Origin: Caulobacter sp.
GTDB lineage: Bacteria; Pseudomonadota; Alphaproteobacteria; Caulobacterales; Caulobacteraceae
Assembly: GCA_046595895.1 (NCBI GenBank)
Contig: JBKJSF010000244.1
Span: forward strand, 1,706-65,705
DNA length: 64,000 nt
Direction: 5' to 3'
Shown: positions 56,881 to 64,000 of the stretch, piece after piece
Layout of the letters: every line of letters begins with the position of its first letter
Position numbering within the stretch: the stretch's first letter is position 1
Notes under the pieces: generated by a model
Database searches by the model: none
The model's input: only the letters and a program-made list of their open reading frames with translations
What the model was told of the DNA's origin: nothing
Made by a program: the position numbers and the translations under genes

Positions 56881-57388
56881 GGGTGCTGTCTGGCCACCGG
56901 GCCCCGGCTTGACAGCCCGCTCTCCATGGCGACGCCCAGTGGCGCTAGCAAGGCCTCATCACGCCGGGGCCCCGCCGGCGGGCCCCGCCGCTCGACATGG
57001 GCGTGGCGCTGCGCGCATTCGAGGCGACGGCCCTGGCTTGGCTCCAGGGGGGCGATCCTCGCGGCCAGATCCTCGTGGTGGGCCCCTCCGCGCTCCGGGC
57101 CACGCCGATTGACGCATCCGCTTCAGTCACCAGGACGTTGCGTCAGCAAGCGAGCTTCGGGCCATCCCGGTGCCGGCGCTACGATGATCCGAGAGGGGCC
57201 CGACTGCTGAGGTGCTGCGCCCGCGATGACGATCGGGGCCGCCTATCTCGATACCGCCGCTGTCCTGGCCCGGACCACGCCGCAGTTCACCCGACAAGCG
57301 GCCATTCAGCCTGATTATTTCGCCGGGATGATCAACCGCGCCCCGCCGAACGCCCGCATCGTGCGCACAATGCGCTGCGGCTGAAACT

Positions 57389-57685
57389 GTGCTCGCCAAT
57401 TTCGTTAGCGGCTTTGACGCCCGTTCGGTGCGCCACGACTATGGCTGCGACGCGGAAGACACCGCCCGATACGTCGCCGGCATGGACGCGCTGAGCCAGG
57501 GCGGGGAGCGCCTGCCGCCACGGGCCGCTATCGGGTCATCGACTATGGAGCTCGCCTGCCGGGATTTCCACAACGCCGCCGCCGGTTTCTTGACCGCCTC
57601 CGCCATGCTGGTGCGCGGCCCGCCGCGCGATCGCGGCATCGGCCTATGGGGCCTTTACGGTCTCAGCCCGGAGCCGGGCTTGTGA
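57389..57685 (+). CDS. Hypothetical ORF (98 aa), possibly the last piece of a decayed gene
   Basis: GTG start, coding-like GC3, no recognisable family. See the finding on 56881-57715. Confidence 0.3.
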   Translation: MLANFVSGFDARSVRHDYGCDAEDTARYVAGMDALSQGGERLPPRAAIGSSTMELACRDFHNAAAGFLTASAMLVRGPPRDRGIGLWGLYGLSPEPGL

Positions 57686-57715
57686 ATCCTGGGCAGCGGG
57701 TCTGAGTTCATAAAC

Positions 57716-57752
57716 AAGGGGCGGGGATTGCTCCCCGCCCCTTGCCGTCTTT
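57716..57752. terminator. Probable bidirectional terminator hairpin
   Basis: aaggggcgggg / attgct / ccccgcccctt. T-rich on the plus side (gtctttt) and gtttat on the minus side, just downstream of the S9 peptidase stop. Confidence 0.5.
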
Positions 57753-57767
57753 TGAGGGCCGTTGGCC

Positions 57768-59789
57768 TCAGATGCCGCCCGGGCCGCACTCGGTGCGCAG
57801 GTAGCCATCGATGGCGCCGAGCACCTGACCGACCTGGCCTGGCTCCCATTTACTGACCTGGTGGCCCATGTTCTTGAGTTCCAGGTACTTCACGGGTTTG
57901 CCGGCCCGCTTGACGGCGGCAACGAAACGCTCTGACTGGGTCTTGGGCACGGTGATATCGAGTTCACCGTGGTAGAGGAAGATCGGGATCGACACCTTGT
58001 CGGCGTGATCCAGTGGCTGCAGGCCGCCGATGGTCGGCCGTTGGGCTTCCCTAAGCCAGCCCTGGTTCAAGCGTTCCCTGAACAGGTCCAACTCGGCAAC
58101 CCCGGCGCCCGCGACGGCGCACTGGTAAATGCCGCCCGGACGGACCGAGGCCGCCATGGCCGCGTAGCCGCCGTAGCTGTAGCCATGCATGGCGATGCGG
58201 TCCGGCGCGGCGATCTTTTGGGCGACGAGATACTTGGCCCCGTCGTCCATATCATCCTGCATCTTCTGGCCCCACTCGTTGTCGCCGGCCCGCCACAGCT
58301 TCTGACCCCAGCCGAGCGAGCCGCGGTATTGCGGCTGCACGACCGCATAGCCCCGCGAGGCGAAGTACTGGGTCCAGCCCGCGACATCCCATCCAAGGTC
58401 GTCCCGCGACCACGGCCCGCCGTGCGGAACGACGATGGTCGGGTAAGGGCCCGCGCCGTACAGCGTCGCGTTCGGCGTGGTCAGGAAGGCCGGAATCATC
58501 AGGCCATCGCGCGCGGCGTACTGGAGCAAGCGGGTGTCGCCCAGGGCCGCGATCTTGGCCGGGGTCAACCACGGACGTTGCTTGCCTAGCAGGGTCAGCT
58601 TGCCGCCGTCGGTGAGCAGATAGTACTCGTGCGGGGTCTTGGCGCCCGTCTTGACGACGATGGCGTACTTGAAGTCGTCCGACCAGCTGTTCAGCTTGAC
58701 GTCGGCCCCGTCCGCGATGGCCAGGTTGGCTTTGTCGCCGCTGGCCGGATCGACCCAGGCGACCTTGGTGGTCCTGATGCCCAGCGCCTTGCGCAGGCCC
58801 TTCTGCAGGCCGTCGAGTTGTGGATCGACCCAGAAGTCCTCGGTGCTGGCGCCTTCGTAATTAAAGCCGAGCAGGCGGCCGACATCCTTGGCGGCGTTGG
58901 AGGTGCGCACCCCGGAGGCGTCGAACAGCTTGATTTCGAAGGCGGTTTCCAGCGGCTTGCGGGCGGCGATGTCGTAGAGAATGATCGCTGCCTTATCGCG
59001 ACCCTGGTTGGTCTGGACATACGCGATGTTGGGGTCCTCGGTGAAACCGATCAACTCCATGCGGGCACGGTCGGCCGCGAAGAACCGGAACAGCTCGGAC
59101 CAGCTGTTGGTCTTCGGATCGCGCACATATTGCGCGACATAGAGCCGCCCGCCCTCATAGTCAGTAGTGGCGCGGGCCCGAATTTCGCCGTTGCTGTCGG
59201 TCTGCTCGCCGCCGAACTTGTCCGACCGGTTGTAGATCTTGCCGAGCGTACCGCTGTAGACGTTCAGCTTGTAGGCCCCGTCGCGCGTCATGATCAGGAT
59301 GTTCTTGGGGTCCCGCGGCAGCAGGTCCAGCACCTGGGCGGCGGTGCGTGCGCTCTGGTCCTGGTCGCCGGTGGTGGTCTTCCAGTCCTTGCCTTCCAGA
59401 TCGGTGATCATCAGGCGGAAATTGTAGTCCTTGTCGGTGCCCGAGGTGACCAGCTGGCGAACGACGACACCGATGCGGTCGTTCTTGACAAACTGAACGC
59501 CCTGGCAGTCGCCGCGGTCGCCGCAGCTGATGTTGACCGCCTCTCTGGCCATGTTCTCGGTCGCCCAGATCGACACATAGCTCTTGATCCCGTCTGGCGA
59601 GCGGATGGCGGCGATATGCTTGCCGTCCGGCGAGATGGTGACATTGCGGATGGCTGGCGTTTTGCTGAAATCCTCGGCCGTTGCCGGGGTGATGGCGGGG
59701 CCTTGGGCCATCGCAAGTCCCAGCCCCCCGACGCTCGCGGCGATGGTGGCGGCCATGACAGCCCCGAGTACTCTGAATGACAAATTCAC
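57768..59789 (-). CDS. S9 family serine peptidase (prolyl oligopeptidase / dipeptidyl aminopeptidase-like), exported
   Basis: N-terminal beta-propeller region. Catalytic GYSYGGY (GxSxGG) and C-terminal D/H region LYHGELD...MGHQ. Start is uncertain: GTG 59789, or up to 59849. Confidence 0.88.
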   Translation of the reverse strand: MNLSFRVLGAVMAATIAASVGGLGLAMAQGPAITPATAEDFSKTPAIRNVTISPDGKHIAAIRSPDGIKSYVSIWATENMAREAVNISCGDRGDCQGVQFVKNDRIGVVVRQLVTSGTDKDYNFRLMITDLEGKDWKTTTGDQDQSARTAAQVLDLLPRDPKNILIMTRDGAYKLNVYSGTLGKIYNRSDKFGGEQTDSNGEIRARATTDYEGGRLYVAQYVRDPKTNSWSELFRFFAADRARMELIGFTEDPNIAYVQTNQGRDKAAIILYDIAARKPLETAFEIKLFDASGVRTSNAAKDVGRLLGFNYEGASTEDFWVDPQLDGLQKGLRKALGIRTTKVAWVDPASGDKANLAIADGADVKLNSWSDDFKYAIVVKTGAKTPHEYYLLTDGGKLTLLGKQRPWLTPAKIAALGDTRLLQYAARDGLMIPAFLTTPNATLYGAGPYPTIVVPHGGPWSRDDLGWDVAGWTQYFASRGYAVVQPQYRGSLGWGQKLWRAGDNEWGQKMQDDMDDGAKYLVAQKIAAPDRIAMHGYSYGGYAAMAASVRPGGIYQCAVAGAGVAELDLFRERLNQGWLREAQRPTIGGLQPLDHADKVSIPIFLYHGELDITVPKTQSERFVAAVKRAGKPVKYLELKNMGHQVSKWEPGQVGQVLGAIDGYLRTECGPGGI

Positions 59790-60151
59790 GATGAAACCCC
59801 AAGAAATAAGGCGCTCGCCCCGGAGGAGAATGCTGCGGCCCGTTTGCAAATCGGCACGCCTTAGCTCCCGCTCCAGTCGCGTTTAGGAGGCAATCTATCC
59901 GGAATTTGCCCAGAGCCAAGTCAAGTTTCACCTCACCGGTCCACCGAACAATGTGTTGCAATCCGACTGTCGGGTGAACGACTGTGGCGAGATTGTAACG
60001 CCCTCATGACGAATAGCCGCAATGCCGTCATCATTGTTGGCAGGCCCCCGGAAGCTCCCTAGTGTCAAGCTACCTCGCGGAATCTCGCATTTCGCGATCG
60101 GTCGCCTTTGCGGCCGAGGGGATCATCGGGACACTGGGGAAAGTGCTCAAA

Positions 60152-63100
60152 ATGCTGGATCGCAAGTTTTTGCTCGGAACGACCTTGATCGCGGGCCTCG
60201 CGGCCGCTGCGTTGGTTGCTCCGACTGTCGCCGTGGCTCAGCCCGCGGCCGCTCCCGCCGCCGCGCCCGCCGCGGATGACGAGGATGAAGAGGAAGAAGA
60301 GGGCGACGTCTCGGCCCTGGTCATCACCGGATCGCGTATCAAGCGCTCGGAGTTCAACAGCTCCGCCCCGATCCAGGTAATCACCTCCGAGCAGTCCTCG
60401 CTCGAAGGCCTGGTCGACACTGCTGAAATCCTGCAGCAGTCGTCGGTGGCCTCTGGTTCGTTCCAGGTGAACAACCAGCTGACCGGCTTCGTGACCGACG
60501 GCGGTCCCGGCGCCAACACCATCTCGCTCCGCGGCCTGGGCGCCACCCGCACCCTGGTCCTGCTGAACGGCAAGCGCGTCGGCCCCTCAGGCACCCGCGG
60601 CACCGTCGGCCCCGTCGACCTCAACGTCATCCCCAACTCGATCGTCGAGCGCTTCGAGATCCTGAAGGACGGCGCCTCGTCGATCTACGGGTCGGACGCC
60701 GTCGCGGGCGTTATCAACATCATCACCAAGTCGAACCTCGACGGCCTGGAACTCAACGTCTACGGCAACATCCCCTTCGAAGAGGGTGGCGAGCAGTACC
60801 GCGGGTCCATCGCCTGGGGCAAAACCTGGGACCGTGGCTACCTCAACGCCTCGCTCAACTACCAGGAAAGCAAGATCCTGCGTCGTAAGGACCGCGACGA
60901 CACGGCCTGCGCCGCCGACTACCTTCGCCTCGGCGGCCGCGGCGGCCCGCGTGCTGACTTTGTCAACACTGATCCGTCGCAGACCGAGCCCGACAGTGTT
61001 AAGTGCTTCAATCTGTTCGCCCGCGTGCTGCGCACCAGCAACGCCTTCGGCGACCTGATCTACAAGGATCCGGGCGTCATCTACCCGGCCTTTAATCCAG
61101 CGGGCAACAACGCCCCGCCGGTCACCGTAGGTAGCAATGGCGTGACCTACGATCTGGCTCGCCAAGGCCGCGCTGGCCGTCCCGAGACGTTCCCTTACGG
61201 TCACTTTGACGACGACCTGTACGGCCGTCAGTCGATCCTCAGCCCGGTGAAGAACACCTCCTTCTATGCCTCGGGTGGCTTTGACATCCTGCCGGTGGTG
61301 GAGCTGTACGGAGAGTTCCTCTTCAACAAGCGCGAGTCGGCCCAGTTCGGCGCCCGCCAGTTCTTCCCGTCCGTGAACCCGCGCAATCCGGCTATTCCGA
61401 ATGTGTTCAAGACCGCCGCTCAAGGCCCTGGTGGCAACGGCTACTTCAACCCGAACGGCTCCAATCTGCTGCCGATCATTCCGTTCCGGTCTGACCGCGC
61501 TCAAGAAGTTGATTACTGGCGTACCGTCGTCGGCCTGCGGGGCGACATTGGCCGGTTCAGCTGGGATGTCTTCTACCAGCACAGCGACTCGGACGCGACT
61601 TACGAAACCTACTCGCTCTACAACGATCGCGTCCTTGCGGTGACCGGCGGCTTCGCTAACGCCATCAACCCGGCCACCATGTTGCCTTACGGCCAGGCGA
61701 CTGCGGGCTCTTCGCCCTGCTTCATGCCGGATGCATCGCAGAATATCTCGGGCTTCAACTGCGCCAATCTGCCGGGCGGTATCGACTTCACCTCGCAACG
61801 CATCCTCGAAGGTAACTTCAACGACGCCGAGCTGGACTTCCTGACCTTCAACGCTGTGGGCAACACCACCTACGTTCAGGATCTGGTCGAGGCCTCGATC
61901 TCGGGCGACCTGTTCAACCTGCCGGCTGGTCCGGTCGGCGCGGCCTTCGGCATCACCGTCCGCAAGGACGAGATCGACGACACGCCGGACGATAACGAAG
62001 CCCGCGGTAACCTTTGGGGCTCCTCGGCCGCCGGTCACACCTTCGGCGACGATACCGTCAGTGAAGTGTTCGCCGAGTTCGAGGTTCCGCTGCTTAAGGG
62101 CCTGCCCGGTGTCGAGAGCCTCGATCTGCAGATCTCCGGCCGCTACACCGAGTACGAATCCTACGGTAACGGCGACACCTACAAGGTGGGTCTGAACTGG
62201 CAGATCACCCCGGCGTGGCGCATCCGCGCCACCCAGGGCACTTCGTTCCGCGCCCCGGCGCTGTACGAACTTTACCTGGCCAATCAGACATCCTTCCAAG
62301 GCCAAGGCGCGATCGATCCTTGCATCCTGTATGAACAGGACACCAATCCCTTCATCCAGGCCAACTGTGCCGCTGCTGGTGTGCCCCTCAACTACACGGC
62401 TGCGGGCAGCAGCTCGGCCACGATCATCACGGGCGGCGGCGCGGGCGTCCTCGACGCCGAAACCTCTGAAGCCTATACCGTTGGCGTGATCTGGACCCCC
62501 AGCTTCATCGACCTGTCGGTGGCGTTCGAATACTTCGACTTCCTGGTCCTGGATGAGATCCGTCAGTTTGGTTCGGCCAACATCCTGAACCAATGCTACT
62601 CGTCGCCAACCTTCCCTGCCGACCCGTTCTGCACCCTCTTCACGCGGAACGGTCCCGGCGCGGCGACGCGTCCGAACGAAATCCTTACGGTCAACAACAG
62701 CTACGTTAACGTCGCTGAGCAGATCAACCGGGGTATCGACCTGACGATCCGCTACACCCATGAGTTCGACTTCGGCCGCCTGACCTTCGACAGCCAGTTT
62801 ACCTGGCAGACGAAGGATACGGTTGTGCTGCTCGGCGGCGCCGCCACCGAGGACGACAACGGTGAAACCACCGAGCCGGACTTCACCGGTAACATGTCGC
62901 TCCGCTTCGACCGTGGCGACTGGACCGCTTTCTGGACCGTGGACATGATCGGCAAGCAGTCGGACACCGAGGCCTTCGGCGGGGACGTGTTCTTCTCGAG
63001 CCGCTACAATTCGCAAGTCTACTACAAGCAGTACAACGAGTTCACCGCCTACCATGCGTTCTCTGTTCGCAAGAAAATGGACGACTGGACCTTCTCGGGC

Positions 63101-63232
63101 GGTCTCCAGAACGTGTTCGACGAGCGGCCGCCGGCTCAGTCCGCTGGTCAGTTCCGGGCGGGTACGGCGGCTCTGAACCTCTACGACATGCGCGGTCGTC
63201 GGGCGTTCATCAACATCACCAAGCGCTTCTAG
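60152..63232 (+). CDS. TonB-dependent receptor
   Basis: Signal MLDRKFLLGTTLIAGLAAAALVAPTVAVA-QP. ALVITGSRIKR...FEILKDGASSIYGSDAVAGVINIIT. Ends ...FINITKRF. Confidence 0.9.
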   Translation: MLDRKFLLGTTLIAGLAAAALVAPTVAVAQPAAAPAAAPAADDEDEEEEEGDVSALVITGSRIKRSEFNSSAPIQVITSEQSSLEGLVDTAEILQQSSVASGSFQVNNQLTGFVTDGGPGANTISLRGLGATRTLVLLNGKRVGPSGTRGTVGPVDLNVIPNSIVERFEILKDGASSIYGSDAVAGVINIITKSNLDGLELNVYGNIPFEEGGEQYRGSIAWGKTWDRGYLNASLNYQESKILRRKDRDDTACAADYLRLGGRGGPRADFVNTDPSQTEPDSVKCFNLFARVLRTSNAFGDLIYKDPGVIYPAFNPAGNNAPPVTVGSNGVTYDLARQGRAGRPETFPYGHFDDDLYGRQSILSPVKNTSFYASGGFDILPVVELYGEFLFNKRESAQFGARQFFPSVNPRNPAIPNVFKTAAQGPGGNGYFNPNGSNLLPIIPFRSDRAQEVDYWRTVVGLRGDIGRFSWDVFYQHSDSDATYETYSLYNDRVLAVTGGFANAINPATMLPYGQATAGSSPCFMPDASQNISGFNCANLPGGIDFTSQRILEGNFNDAELDFLTFNAVGNTTYVQDLVEASISGDLFNLPAGPVGAAFGITVRKDEIDDTPDDNEARGNLWGSSAAGHTFGDDTVSEVFAEFEVPLLKGLPGVESLDLQISGRYTEYESYGNGDTYKVGLNWQITPAWRIRATQGTSFRAPALYELYLANQTSFQGQGAIDPCILYEQDTNPFIQANCAAAGVPLNYTAAGSSSATIITGGGAGVLDAETSEAYTVGVIWTPSFIDLSVAFEYFDFLVLDEIRQFGSANILNQCYSSPTFPADPFCTLFTRNGPGAATRPNEILTVNNSYVNVAEQINRGIDLTIRYTHEFDFGRLTFDSQFTWQTKDTVVLLGGAATEDDNGETTEPDFTGNMSLRFDRGDWTAFWTVDMIGKQSDTEAFGGDVFFSSRYNSQVYYKQYNEFTAYHAFSVRKKMDDWTFSGGLQNVFDERPPAQSAGQFRAGTAALNLYDMRGRRAFINITKRF

Positions 63233-63260
63233 GACCGGGCCGAAAGGTCAGTCTGAAGGG

Positions 63261-63297
63261 AGGCCGGCGAGGGAAACCTCGCCGGCCTTTCTTTTTG
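63261..63297 (+). terminator. Rho-independent terminator
   Basis: aggccggcgagg / gaaa / cctcgccggcct followed by ttctttttg. Confidence 0.8.
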
Positions 63298-63328
63298 TCC
63301 GGAGGTTGGTTGGCGAGTTGGCCTCTGG

Positions 63329-63494
63329 GCTCCCTTCTCCCCTCGCGGGAGAAGGTGGCCCGAAGGGCCGGATGAGGGGGCGTACCGGCCTCTGACACAG
63401 CCCGCCGTCACCGCCTCAACGCAGTTGAAAGACCTGGGAACCCCCTCATCCGTCGGCTTCGCCGCCACCTTCTCCCGCGAGGGGAGAAGGGAGC
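63329..63494. repeat. Inverted pair of a ~52-bp GC-rich alphaproteobacterial-type intergenic repeat (each copy has an internal hairpin)
   Basis: 63329-63380 gctcccttctcccctcgcgggagaaggtggcccgaagggccggatgaggggg. 63441-63494 is its near reverse complement. Each copy has an internal hairpin cttctccc/gggagaag. Confidence 0.7.
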
Positions 63495-63764
63495 CCCGAG
63501 TTGAAGCCACGAACTGTCAGGGCCTTGATCACCCCCGCCGTGGGATAATAGCGGCTCCGCTTCGATAAGGGCCGCCCCATGCCGGACCAGCGCCAGCCAG
63601 CTTCGGCTACGCTTCATCTGCGCCTCACGCCGAGTTCAAGCAAACTTCGTATCTGCGCGGAATCAACCCGTTGAAATTGCTGAGCAAGGCCGCGCAACTG
63701 GCGACAACTCCCGAATGCCCCCCTCAGGGCCGACGACCGCCCCGTCCGAGCCAGGTTGCCGGCC

Positions 63765-63797
63765 GGGAAAAAGGGCCCCGTATCGCTCCGGGGCCCC
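63765..63797 (-). terminator. Rho-independent terminator (minus strand)
   Basis: On the minus strand: gggccccg / gagcgata / cggggccc followed by tttttcc, 25 nt after the stop of the partial gene. Confidence 0.6.
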
Positions 63798-63820
63798 TGG
63801 CTTTCGCCCTCGTGGGACGG

Positions 63821-64000
63821 CTAGCGATCCAGGCGGGGCGAGGGGGCCATGACCGTGGCGCCACGTTCCCGCAGGCGGGACTGGGCCATCTCGTCCATCA
63901 CCGCCTCGGCGCGCGGGTCGCCAAAGATCCAGGCGGCGGCCGCCAGGGTCTTCAGCGAGGCCGAACTGACCCCGAACAGCTTTTCCAGCGCCTCGAACGG
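63821..64000 (-). CDS. 3' end of an unidentified gene running off the window
   Basis: 60 open codons with high GC3, ending ...RERGATVMAPSPRLDR-TAG (stop at 63823-63821), followed by a terminator. No family assigned. Confidence 0.45.
   Translation of the reverse strand, partial: PFEALEKLFGVSSASLKTLAAAAWIFGDPRAEAVMDEMAQSRLRERGATVMAPSPRLDR

Noticed and set aside
63408-63617. 69-aa and 93-aa minus-strand ORFs (63408..63617, 63229..63510) and a 60-aa ORF (63216..63398).
   Set aside because: They are read across the GC-rich inverted repeats and the terminator. Their translations are the typical spurious products of this repeat family.

Overview
High-GC (roughly 65-70% by eye) chromosomal segment. 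Gene content suggests an alphaproteobacterium, possibly Caulobacterales-like (three TonB-dependent receptors, alphaproteobacterial intergenic palindromes); this taxonomy is inference only. I saw no transposase, integrase, CRISPR array or rRNA. There is one tRNA, tRNA-Met(CAU).

The first ~9.4 kb is the unusual part, a surface or secreted-protein region:
- The 3' end of a TpsA/filamentous-hemagglutinin-like exoprotein carrying a 41-residue uninterrupted polyproline run.
- A translationally coupled L,D-transpeptidase-like gene.
- A ~2100-aa RTX-type calcium-binding giant built from nine iterated modules (GGxGxD block plus a D-x-[IV]-[TA]-D-F domain). It also has two paralogous NSG-repeat regions and five pure polyproline linkers of 7, 10, 6, 25 and 33 Pro. 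An apparent +1 frameshift in a G5 run lies near its 5' end.
- A small secreted protein of unknown function.

The remainder is mostly core metabolism and regulation: TetR, pgsA, two pirins, PEBP, Lrp with indolepyruvate ferredoxin oxidoreductase, APC permease, trxC, YafY/WYL regulator, CheY-like regulator, queD/queE, a hybrid kinase-like protein, GT4 with an AsnB-like amidotransferase, PQQ sugar dehydrogenase, GGDEF, aroC, pdxH.

Other points of interest:
- An acyl-CoA synthetase ORF that continues without a stop into a disordered linker, membrane segments and a DUF1499-like domain.
- A compact ATP-grasp-like / MBL / ureohydrolase operon, divergent from a TPR-sulfotransferase.
- A peptide-scavenging neighbourhood (oppB/oppC-like permeases and an OppA-like binding protein but no ABC ATPase, two TonB-dependent receptors, an S9 peptidase).

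Many very long antisense ORFs in the track are GC-driven artefacts.
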